From positions 63,798,001 to 63,862,000 of the forward strand of contig OX597822.1 of assembly GCA_951406725.2 (NCBI GenBank): 64,000 nucleotides of DNA, read 5' to 3'. Numbering within the stretch: the stretch's first letter is position 1; every line of letters begins with the position of its first letter. Origin of the DNA: Octopus vulgaris. Its lineage: Eukaryota. Under the pieces are notes generated by a model. The model made no database searches. It saw only the letters and a program-made list of their open reading frames with translations, and had not been told where the DNA came from. Below are positions 14,646 through 26,584 of the stretch, piece after piece. A program made the translations under genes and the position numbers.

Positions 14646-15175
14646 AAGTGTTTGGTGAAGGCAGGGTCTTGCACAGAGTTGCATTGTTTGAGGGTAACAG
14701 AAGGGATGTCAGGGCTTGAGGCCTTGTTGGTTTTGCACTTTCCCCAGTGAGTGCAATATGGATTTGGATAACAAAAGCAGACAGAAAATGCAGAGGCTTT
14801 CTCCAGAATTGAAATGTTATGGATATTTGACAGCAGGTTAAGAAATAAAATAGTAGATAACAAATAAATAATATGGGGAAAAAGAGATGAAAGAGAGAAA
14901 TATTAAAGGCAGAGAGAGCTAATATTAGGACTGACAAAAATGAAGAATGAAAGAAGGATGGTTATAAAGAACATGCTAGTAAATGAAACAGGTTACAGTA
15001 CCTGGTCCAGGGCAGCAGAAGGGGTAGAGGGTAGAGTACAGAGTGGGTACTTAGCTGTGCATGTTTTTTAACATCAGACACAGTGATATGAATGAATAAA
15101 TGAATAACACAAAGTAAGGGGAAGACTTGATGAATAGTATTTCAATAGTATTCTATGATATAGAGTTTTTGAGAT

Positions 15176-15402
15176 TTAACCCTTTAGCATTCATATATCA
15201 AGATGTAATGTTTATTTATCCACATTATTTCGAATAAATCATGAATAAATCTAGTAGCTTTGAGATTCGGATGACGTAATTGCTTGTTTTTAGAATGACA
15301 CTGTAGGAGAGGTGTGAGAAGCTGGATCTGGCAAATTTGGACTTAAAATAGGAGGAGAATAGTTTGGCTGGACATGGTCCAGTTTAAATGCTAAAGGGTT
15401 AG
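15176..15402. mobile_element. piggyBac-like MITE (TTAA-CCCTTTAGCA family)
   Basis: ttaaccctttagcatt...aatgctaaagggtta; sister copies 18450-18706, 19557-19794, 25818-26037, 50656-50873. Confidence 0.7.
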
Positions 15403-16991
15403 GGTTAGGTCAGTTACAAGATAGATATTTTGTAACTACTGTGAAATGGTTGCCTGTACATCTTGAATGTGGATTTTTAAAATACTTCAACCAGAACTTC
15501 AAGTTCTTTCAATGATAAATAAAAAAATGAAAATGAAAATGAGGGGAATCATTTGTAGAAAAAGACATTCTTTAATCATACATATGCCCACCCCCTACAA
15601 AAAACCATGAGCTAAAAAGAGGGAAGATAGGAAAATGATTTCTTAGACAGGCATAATATGTTGCAAAGCACTTTTGTCTAAAGTTCTAATGATTCTGCTG
15701 ATCCAAATTCTGAATAAATTAATATGTAATTCGCTAAAGCAAATACATTAGATCAAGGTCTCCCAACTTGGGGTTCCTCAACTCCCTGGGAATGTGAAGT
15801 GGAATTTCAGTGGGTGCAGTAAAGAGAAGATAATAGTGACTTCATTAAAATCACTTTGCAGAATAAAATTAACCAGAACTTAAAATCCATGTTCCATGCT
15901 GGCATGAGTTGGACGGTTTGACAGGCTCTGATGGACCCAAAGACTGTATCATACTTGCTTTGGTATGGTTTCTATAGCAGTGTGCCCTTCCTAATGCCAA
16001 CCACAGCATATGCCAGGTGCTTTTTTCATGTCACCAGTGCAACCGAAGTCACCAAGTAGCTTGCAAAACTACAAACCCTGAGAAATAATTTTGCTTTTGT
16101 TAAGCACACCAAGAACTTATATCATACTACCTAGACAGAATTAACCCTTAAATGATTAATGACCAAGAACTGTGTCCTCATTCCATTTACAAAGACATAT
16201 TTGTGTGAACCTAAATTCAGTTACCGTTTGTCAACCACAAGAAAAATCTAGGAATTTCATGGACCAACAGGCAGACCTGCACATCATAACCAGCAAGAAA
16301 GTTCCATATTTGGATAAAGTCATGAGCAAGAAGCATGAACGAAGTAATTGAATTTTATGTACACAATTAGTTTTCAATAATTACTCCCTAATTACTGGGG
16401 GGGGGTGTTCAAATATATATATAAAAAGAAAACTAGTTCTTAAAAGTGACTTTTACATCTTTGAGTATAATATCATCACTTTTGTAGTGGGACATAAAAA
16501 TTGAACATTTCCGAAGGGTGTGATGTTAAGAAATGTTTGGGAAACCACTGTGTTAGGTGAATGAGGGGAAAAATGGAGTGGGAACTCAAATAGAGTAAGT
16601 GAAGCCATAGATCTTAGCAGTCAAATCACAACTATAAAGAATTGGATAAAGATAAACAGGGACATAAAAAAAAAAGAAACAAAAAAATGTGGTAATCAAA
16701 TGAGTTGAAATGATAGAATTTTGTAGGATATTTCATACATTCATTACACATGCACTCAAACAGACATTTTTATTTTTAATTGGCAAAAATTGCAAAGGGA
16801 TGCATGGGATGGGAATTTTGTCTGCATAAAACTCTAGGGCTTTGAGCATCTTATTCAACTTCTGCCAATCAAAAATAAAAATAAAAATATATGCACTCAT
16901 GTTTTGAGTTCTATTTTTCCTGTTACTAAGCAACACACACACACACACATACATATATATATGTAAATAAATATGTATGTATATGTATATT

Positions 16992-17023
<32 letters not shown>

Positions 17024-17051
17024 TATATAAATATGTATGTATATATATATA

Positions 17052-17082
<31 letters not shown>

Positions 17083-17095
17083 GCATGTGTATATG

Positions 17096-17139
<44 letters not shown>

Positions 17140-17719
17140 TACATACTTGTATACATGCACACATATTTATATACACATACATATATACATAGTTATATAT
17201 ATACATATACACACACACACATATATATCACAATATGACTAAATATGTTATTTTGTGGTATCTCACTATATAACAATATACTATTAAAAAGATGACTTGT
17301 AAGATATATGATGATGTGGTACATTGATCATGTGACACTTGACTGTGTAATACTTCACTGTGTGCGACACATTCCCTATAATGATACATCATACCACAGT
17401 GTGATAACATCACTATATGGATACACCACTACATAACAGAAGGCGATCTAACAGCACTATATGATACACCACTAATGTGACAGAGAAAACATAGTAACAC
17501 ACCACTATGGGACAGATTACAAAAGGTAACACATGCAGAACTATGCAGAAAAGTCAACATCTGCGTCAGTTGAGAGAAATTTTTAGGCAGAATTATAGTT
17601 TCATTGCATATTTGTCTTTGTGTTCTAGTGGGGTCAATCAGTTGTATAAACTACATCAGCATATGAAACAAATTAATTATATTTATTTCAGATTTCAAAT
17701 GCTGCAGATTAATCAAGAT

Positions 17720-18041
17720 CAGGGCTGGACAAGCTGAGGCCCACAGGCCACGGACTTTTTTATCTTGCGGCCCGCTTGATACTTTCTTGAAAGGGGTCTA
17801 TTTAAACAAACATTTTAAAAATTTCATCAAACATCAAAGATTGTAATGAAAAGTAAAAAAGAAAGATACTACTGTTTTTGCAACGATAATATTTGATGTT
17901 GAATCAACGGTCATTCATTCATTATTATAATAATAGATGAGAAAGCAAAACGCTTTCAATTTTGTCAGTATACAAACGGCCCTCAAAAAAACTTTTTGTG
18001 ATTAAAGTGGCACACAATGTAATTTAAGTTGGCCAGGCCTG
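17720..18041. mobile_element. hAT (Charlie-like) MITE
   Basis: TIR cagggctggacaa / ttggccaggcctg; 8-bp flanks atcaagat / gtctagac resemble the NTCTAGAN target. Confidence 0.65.
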
Positions 18042-18154
18042 GTCTAGACACTTCATTATTAACCAAGCTAATTTTATACATTTCTGAGCTAACTATATAT
18101 GTATATTTATTTCTATCTATCTACCTACCTACCTACCTACCCATCTCTCTATCT

Positions 18155-18385
18155 TATTTCTTTATTGCCCACAAGGGGTTAAACATAGAGGGGACAAACA
18201 AGGACAGACAAAGGGATTAAGTTGATTACATCGACCCCAGTGTGTAACTGGTACTTAATATATCTACCCCGAAAGATGAAAGGCAAAGTCAACCTCGGTG
18301 GAATATGAACTCAGAACGTAAAGACAAACGAAATACCGCTAAGCATTTCGCCCGCCGTGCTAATGTTTCTACCAGCTTGCCGCCT
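18155..18385 (-). mobile_element. SINE family B
   Basis: Shares aaggcaaagtcaacctcgg..gaactcagaacgtaaagac with other copies. Confidence 0.8.
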
Positions 18386-19923
18386 GTCTATCTATCTACC
18401 TGCATGTCTGTCTGTATATATTATTGTTGTTCTTATACTAGAGTTTGATTTAACCCTTTAGCATTCAGATTATTTTGTCAAATGTAATATTTGTTTATTT
18501 CAGTTGCTTTAAATTCATCATCATCATCATTGTTTAATGTCTGTCTTCCATGCTAGTATAATGGGTGGGACTCATCTCATAAATTCGAGATTTTGGTGAT
18601 GTGATTATTGAAAGGTAGGTGTGATAGGCCAGCTCTAGCCTATTTGAACATTAAACAAGTAGAATATCTGGACTGGATACGGCCAGTTTAAATGCCAAAG
18701 GGTTAAGGCCTGCATCAACATATGACGGAAACAAATTTTATATATTTCATATACCACTGTCCTTCCATACTACAGTTTCATCTAACTTCTACATCAGCAC
18801 TTTTATATATTCCAAATAGCACTATCCAATCTATACAACATGTTGATCCAAGCTGAACACAAAAATTCACAGAAACTTGTGAAAGTCTGAGTCAGTTAAA
18901 AGTGAGTACAGGAAGTTCATAAAGCCAAATAGATTAGTTTGCTGTGAGAAATAGAATAAATAAGGAAAGATCCTGCATCAGTGACTAATTAGAATCTTCC
19001 TCCTCCCATCAAACCAATTATTCCAGAAACACTTTGTATAATTTAACCTAAGTTGTCTCTTGAAGGAAAGTAATGGAGTTGTATATTCACCTACTGTAAC
19101 TAAACTGTTAACCAACTGTAAAATATACACACAAACAAAAATGGAGTTGTATTTTTGTGTATGTGTGAGGTTGTGGTAGGTGGAAGAAAGGAGAGGCATC
19201 TATGCCAATAAACTGGCTTTTAGATTCGCTGAATCTTCCTGGAATCCCACTATACTAGCAGTTGACCCCCACCACCAAAGAATCTTCAGAGAAAGAAGCA
19301 ACAATTTTGACAGGGAACATGGTTTTCATGCCAAGAATTCATTTGATCCTGATAGATGTGCTCTTCAAATTTAAATGATTTCAGTTCCCAGAAGTCTTTA
19401 CATTTGCCTTAGAGCATCAACAAAGCACAAAGAACCACCCACATTTTCTTCTGGTATGTTGCTTCCTCAAGATATTTGAAACAACAGAAATTTTGGTCTT
19501 TTTAGCTCTTGACAGAAAAACTACGAAACCTGTCTTTAATGGTCTTTTGAGTTGGCTTAACTCTTTAGTGTTTAAATTATTCTGTTAAATGTAATACTTC
19601 TTCATTCAAATTCATCATCATCATCTTGAATTAATCATGCATTATCTTATAGCTTTGAGGTTTCAATAATGTCACTATTTATTTTTAGAGTGACAATGTA
19701 GGGTAGGTGTGAAAGGCTAGATATCGCCAGTTTGAATATAAAACATGTAGAATATTTGAGCTGGATGTGGCCGGTTCAAACACTAAAGGGTTAAATGCAT
19801 TGATTCCAAGTGAATCAATACTCTTGAATCAAATGAAAATTGTCAGCATTTTTAAAGCAATTTGTCCAAAACTCTCTATATCACATCGAAACTAACTATG
19901 AGTTAACTTTTCCTCTCACACCA

Positions 19924-19976
19924 TCTCCGATGAAAGGATATTATTATTAATTAATATTCTAGAAACAGCTGTAAGA
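19924..19976 (+). ncRNA. Minimal hammerhead-like motif (one core deviation, CCGATGA)
   Basis: tct-CCGATGA-a-aggatatt..aatattct-a-GAAA-cagctg-TA-aga; palindromic stem III ACAGCTGT. Confidence 0.5.
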
Positions 19977-20534
19977 CCTTCTATCTATAAATGCTCTAAT
20001 ATCAATACCGCCTTGGTTTTTTTAATCTCATTACACAAAAAAATTCATATATATATATATCCTAACACAGAAATACCTTTAGATAATCATGGTTCTTTTC
20101 TGTGATGGAATATTTGGCAAAATACGAGATAATACTTTCTCATTTTTACTGACAAAATATGATTCATTATTTGCCTTTTAACCAGGATTCACACACACTT
20201 TGTATCACGTATTTCTAGCCTCTATGATTTTTGTGTGACTATAAGATAACAAAAAAGTGAATGAAATAACAGATTCATGGGTTCTAACTAGGAATATTAT
20301 AGGAATATAGGAATAATTATTGGTGAGCAAGGCACTTGAAGTAAAAAGCTTCTTAGTGAGTTTTCGAACCTAAGATGATTACCAGATTCCCTTAACTTGG
20401 AAATATTTTGGGAAACGAGAAAGAAAGCCTCTTAAATGAAAAAGCAATCATATTGGTAGAGAGCAGATGTTGACTGTTTCTGTAGCGCAACATGGATAAA
20501 TAGTTGAGTTATTTCTTGAGATGACCATGCCTAC

Positions 20535-20996
20535 CTAAATGTTTAGGCACTGCTGCTGCTGCTGCACCTGTGCCTTGGTTTGCTGAGAGGGAAACTCCTG
20601 GAGCTGAGACAGCTTTCAGTGAGTTGAGGTTTGATACCAGCGGCTGTCGCTGGGTGAGGCCTGCTCCAGGAACAACAAACCCATTATTGCTGTCAGTGAC
20701 AGAGACTGCTGTGTTGGGCAAAGGAAGGGTAGCAGCAGAGGTAGTAGTGGTAGTTGTGGTGGTGGTAGTAGTGGTTGTACTGCTATTGTTGTTGGCAGCA
20801 GCAGTGGTGGTGATGGTATTGGCATAAGCAGCTGGACTAGTGGCAGTGTTAGCAGAGGTGGTGTTGATATCAGTAAAACGAGGCTCAGGCTGAAGTACAG
20901 CGTACTCATGGGAGACCATACAGGGCACGTGCTCTCCACCCATGCGTAGGGATGGAGGTAAGAAAGACTCAGGTGACTGAACAGGTGTGCAACAAC
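20535..20996 (-). CDS. Neogenin/DCC cytoplasmic exon, Thr/Ala-rich with diverged P2-like segment (..SNLNSLKAVSAPG..)
   Basis: ttcttgtttccag acceptor, G|gtaggc donor, 462 nt phase 1/1, within ORF 20509..21012; GC-rich island in AT-rich intron. Confidence 0.85.
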
Positions 20997-22430
20997 CTGG
21001 AAACAAGAACACAACTTAGTAACCTGTAGATTAACAATGCTAACAGACAATAAAGAAACAGAACACGAGAAAAGGTGTATTTATGTCAGGGTGGATGGCC
21101 ATCAGCTGAAATGTGTCTTCAAAACTCATGTTAAGATAACAAGTAAAAATTTAAAAATGGAATCATCTGACGTTTCAGAAATTCCACTTCAATTTCCAAC
21201 AATAATATTCAAGAATTGTTTGACATTTCCAGGTTTTTAACCACGTCTTTAATGATTCGGTCTTCCAAGGTAATCCTAATTGGTCTGTTCTTTTGGTCTG
21301 TTGAAAGGTACAACATTAAAGATTTTCTTTTTCATAAAACCAAAGTTATACAAATTATGGCTTGTACTTCAATATTTTGAGGTTAGGACCCTTCTTCAGG
21401 AAATCTTCAGAGCTGACTTCTCCATTCCCGAGATTTCCCAAAGGAGAAGTCTTCACCTTGAAATATTAGAAATTCAAGGCAGACGTACAGATCATAGACC
21501 TGTATTATTTTTTTATAACTTGCATTGTGTTGGCATTTTATACAAATAAAATAAAAAACTTATATATATATATATATATGTATGTATATATATATATATA
21601 TATATATATTATAAGACAATGCTTCATGCATAAAACATGAATTCTGTCATTTGGTCTCTGACATTTGTCAGGCACTCTATTCATACAAATATAAGAATAT
21701 TGATATAATGTATTTGAACTCTATTATTAAAGAGCAGACCAATTAAAACTTATAAATGGCTCAATGTGTGGTGTAGAGCCAATAAGGTTAATAAATGTGG
21801 AAATTTCAAACTTCTCGAGGAGAAACTTTTCTCAGATATATTAGAATACCAAAATATCTCAATTACTTTTATTCTTAGTATTTTGCCCAATATTTCCAGC
21901 CGGAAATATCTGGAGAACCAAAATGATCTTAAAAATGACAGGAAAATATTTGTAACTAAAATTTCAACAAAACCTCTCTATATATTTGATATCTTGAAGA
22001 CAGGCATAAAAACGTTCGCTTTTAGTTATTTGTTCTATACAAGTTGATGGCATTCCTTCACTGATAAAGAAGTAAAAAAATGTCAATCATAGGTACAGAA
22101 TTCAATAATGTTGTTATGCCCCACATCTCCACTATGTGCCACTAAATGGCAAATATCTCAAGATTTTTTAAATATGTTTCAACATATGTTCTGAGTTGTT
22201 CTGAATGCTTTATTTTCTTCATATCCTTTTAATTATTCTAACTTTAGATAAGACTACAAACAAGATATTATAATCATTATTATCAATTACTAATACTATT
22301 ACTACTACTACTATTATTATTATATTTATTGTTTGCTTTCACTGCACTACTGAGTGCAGCTTTGTGTGTCTTGGGTATGTGCTGTGGTTTTATTTGGTGG
22401 TGCTATTTTTACTGTATTGATAGTGTTCAA

Positions 22431-22455
22431 TTATTATTATTATTATTACTATTAC

Positions 22456-22509
<54 letters not shown>

Positions 22510-22615
22510 TATTATCATTATCATTATCATTACTATTATTATTATTATCATTATTATTATTATTACTACTATTATTATTATTATTATTAATTATTATTAT
22601 CATTATTATTATTTA
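22431..22615. repeat. (TAT)n trinucleotide microsatellite
   Basis: Directly visible. Confidence 0.95.
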
Positions 22616-22869
22616 ATAATATCTTATGCAGCTATCTTTTTAAAACTAATTTTCTATGATGAAGAAAATGAAATATTTAAAAATAATTATGTTACTTTTT
22701 TTCAAAAGAAATTAGCTTTCTTTTTTTTTCCGTCAGTGAAAGAATTGAGAGAAAAACAGCGATGATGATGCAAGAGAAAAATGATGTTGGATTGTGATAG
22801 TGATGATAGAAGCATGATGACATGATTCTGATGAGCAGGCATTACTGAATGGATCATTGTATATATATA

Positions 22870-22913
<44 letters not shown>

Positions 22914-24398
22914 AAATCCTGAACTTAAAAAAAAAAATGAAGAAAACCAATGAAATCCCCAAAACACACAAAGAAAAATGAAGGATGATTCCTGACAATG
23001 AGTAGAACCTGCTAGGGTGGGGGGCAGGGGAAACAGAATCGAATAGATCTCAAAAACAAACAACAAAAAAGTGACCAAATTTGGATGACCGCACAAATCG
23101 AGAGTGTCGTAAAAGTGACTGGCCTGATTTATAAGTGTCGATGAGGAAAACTGGACAATTAAGGCAGCACATACTCAAGCAAATGTAATATAATTACAAA
23201 ATTACAAATATATATACATACACACACACACATACATATGTATATATATATAAATATGTGTATGTGTGTAAATACAGATACGTACACAATGTAATACATA
23301 CACATACAACTGTAGGGAATTATGTAAACAAATACACAATACAAGACAAGTACATGTATACAATGTAAAGTACAATACGCAATGCAATGTACACAAGATA
23401 ATGCGGATGCAAGTGTATAATGAATAATGCAGATGTACACACACACACGTTTTCTGGAATATAATCTCACATTTCCTAACCTGACACAATCTTTTCTATG
23501 ACTGAGAGATTTAGGTACTCTCCAGAAACATACTTTCATCTTAGCTAAATCTCTCTCACATATGCACTCTCTCTCTCTCTCTCCATATGGAATTATATAT
23601 AATGCAACATATAAATATGCTTGAAATAAATCTAGCTCAGCAGCAAAAATGGATAATATTTCAAATTCTTCAGGGGTAGGTCAATGTGTACTTACTCATA
23701 CATACAAACACACACAGACACAGAAATCGCACATGCTGTTTCCCCGAATGCATATCATGCACAGGACCATTATACACCAACATACACTCACTGACATTTT
23801 GATACAGATAAAGACCCAGCCACACACATACATACATATATACATACATACATGGCAAAAATATGCATGTATGCATGCACATACACACAAACACACATTG
23901 TTAGACAGATACATGCAGATAAGGTTTCGCAGGCTAGCATAAACAGTTATGTGCATGTATGACTACGTATGCACCCAAACACACACAAACAAGCATAAAA
24001 ACAACATACATACATACGTATGTACGTACATACATATCACACTTGCAGACATAACTCAAAAAGATAATCATCATACATGCACAAATTCATGCAAACACAC
24101 ACACACACACAGATATAGCTCTACAAAAAAAAAGAAGAAAAAAAAGAAAAAAGAACCAGATAAATGAATATATAAAATATATACACACAACATATATATA
24201 CATACACACGAGTAAACATATTGTTATCTAACTTGAACTTGAAAGACAACACACAGACATACTCATACACGCTCATGCATACACGCATACACACGCGCGC
24301 GCGCACACACACACAGACAGACAGAACAGAAACAAGCAGATTTGTTTAGGTGAACTGCAGGAGAACTACGTAAAGTCAAAATTCAAAATAATACATGC

Positions 24399-24479
24399 CA
24401 TAGCCAATCCTACTAAGATATGGATCATCAAGAGTATCTGCGAGGCAGCTGTCATCGTCATCCAGTAAGGCCAGCTTCT
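24399..24479 (-). CDS. Probable small cytoplasmic exon (KKLALLDDDDSCLADTLDDPYLSRIGY)
   Basis: ttattttccttctggcag acceptor, open phase-1 frame; donor is either G|gcatgt (GC donor, 81 nt) or A|gtagga at 24414 (66 nt), both frame-preserving. Confidence 0.55.
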
Positions 24480-24687
24480 CTGCCAGAAGGAAAATAACAA
24501 AAACATGCAAACATGCTTATGATGCTAATTATTTTTAGGAGGTGGAGTGGGGCGGGGGGATCTGGAAGAGTATCAGCGATGGGGATGGGGGTGATAGGTT
24601 TATCATTATTATTATTACTTAGATATTTAGATGTTGTGTTAGATATGAGATGAAAGGAAGAAAACTTATGATCACATATACACACAC

Positions 24688-24736
<49 letters not shown>

Positions 24737-24937
24737 TCATTCACACATGCATGTGTTTTTGCTCTCAGATGATATTTAATGCATGATTCTGCATTTATGA
24801 AGATGAAAACTGCATGTTTTTGAAGGTTTTGTTTTCTAATAAGAAATGAATGAAAAAGAGAGAAAAAAAAAAGGATGAAGGAAACAATAAGCTAACTAGA
24901 TGAAATAAAATGGAAAAAAAAAGAAAAATGAAAGCTG

Positions 24938-24988
<51 letters not shown>

Positions 24989-25007
24989 TTATGTATGTAT
25001 ATGCATA

Positions 25008-25247
25008 TTGGGTTGTTGCATAATTATTGCGGCTTCTTTTTCAACAAATTTTATTCAACAAAAACAATATCAATATTTAACAAAAACATCTTTAAATAAT
25101 GGTCTGACCGTCTGCCAAGTAGTATCTGAAGTAGATAGTGAATATGCGCTGGAATAATCATTTAAAGATGTTTTTGTTACATGTTGTTATTGTTATTGTT
25201 GAATAAAATTTGTTGAAAAAAAAAAGCCACAATAATTATTCACCAAC

Positions 25248-25251
<4 letters not shown>
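25008..25251. mobile_element. Tc1/mariner-like MITE
   Basis: Long TIRs ttgggttg..ataattattg / caataattatt..caacccaa, with TA on both sides. Confidence 0.8.
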
Positions 25252-25328
<77 letters not shown>

Positions 25329-26240
25329 AAGCCATAAATATATTTATGTTTAGTTTAAGCAGAAAGATAATTTCTAGACTTGAAGAAGGAAAAAAAGAAT
25401 AGTAAACCAATAAACCAGCTCCATATTTGTGAGAATAAGCTGTCTGATCTATATAATAAAGGTGATGCTTCAGCTTGACTTTAGCCATTATGACAATAAA
25501 AGTAGAGAATTATATCCAAGAGTGAGTGCAGTGACCAAAGTGGGAGAAGAATAATTAAAGGAAACGAGTAAAAAAGGTAAGGAAAGTCAAACGAGGAAGG
25601 AAGCCATTGGTAAATTCTAAAGGGAGGTGAATTTCAATGTTTCTTTCAGTCAATCTATCAACAAAAACCTAACCTGACCTGACCTTGGTTTAGGTGTTAG
25701 TTTCTAGTATTAAATGTATTTCATAAAGAGGAGTTTTGAAGACATGGTGGTGGGGAGTTTTAATATATGATGTTAAACCATTGCTGGCATCAGATGATAG
25801 TTTTGTTCTAAAATCCCTTAACCCTTTAGCATTCAAATTATTCTACTAAATGTAATACTTATATATATTAACATTCTCTTGAATTAATCATGCATTATCT
25901 TGTAGTTTTGAGATTTCAATGACTGGACTATTTACTCTTAGTATGCCATTGTAGGGTAGGTATAAGCGACCAGATTTGGCCTGTTTGAGCATCAAAAAAG
26001 CAGAATGATATGGCTGGTTTAAATACTAAAGAATTAAATGTCCTGGAGAGTATGCTCATTGCAAAACTTACTCAAAATAGTGCAACTAATTAATAATGAA
26101 GAATTTTGGAAAAAAAAAAAAATTCTCATTTTTAAACTTACAAAAAGAAAAAAAGAAAATGATTCCAAAAGTCAAGAGCGGTTATATTTTACCAATAATA
26201 TCTTCAGTTCTACATTTAAGAGATGAGGAATTATGTAAAA

Positions 26241-26584
26241 TATTTACATTTGACGGATATTTGTCCTCATCCTGTTGTTAACACAACGTTTTGGCTGATA
26301 TACCTTCCAGCCTTCATCAAGTGTCTTGGGGAAATTTCGAACCTGGGCTATCTTTCCTAAGGTATTTATTAATAATGTTATTATTATTAAGGTCACTGCC
26401 AGGAATTGAACTCAGAATCTTGGGGTTAGTAGCCCGCACTCTTAACTACTATGCCATATGCCCATGGAATGAGAACCCGGGTTCAAAATTTCCCCAAGAC
26501 ACCTGATGAAGGCTGGAGGGTATATCAGCCGAAATGTGTTAACAACAAACAAGATGAGGATAAAATATACGTCAAATGTAAATA
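26241..26584. mobile_element. Inverted-repeat element with two degenerate minimal hammerheads around a tRNA-like SINE head
   Basis: Arms about 26241-26349 and 26474-26584; the plus arm reads gacac-CTGATGA-a-ggctg..cagcc-GAAA-t-gtgtt; the minus arm retains the cgttgtgtt part. Confidence 0.7.

Noticed and set aside
14515-14937. 140-aa ORF as a neogenin exon
   Set aside because: No usable acceptor/donor pair was found around the non-repetitive part; the rest is microsatellite.
16897-17242. Overlapping YI/VC/HT-rich ORFs (also near 23159-24312, 46442-47344, 56703-56980)
   Set aside because: Translations of (TA)n, (CA)n and (GA)n microsatellites.
22329-22616. Poly-Leu and poly-Tyr ORFs
   Set aside because: (TAT)n microsatellite.
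22980-23150. Candidate exon after ttgtccag acceptor
   Set aside because: No convincing donor and no family similarity; cannot be supported.
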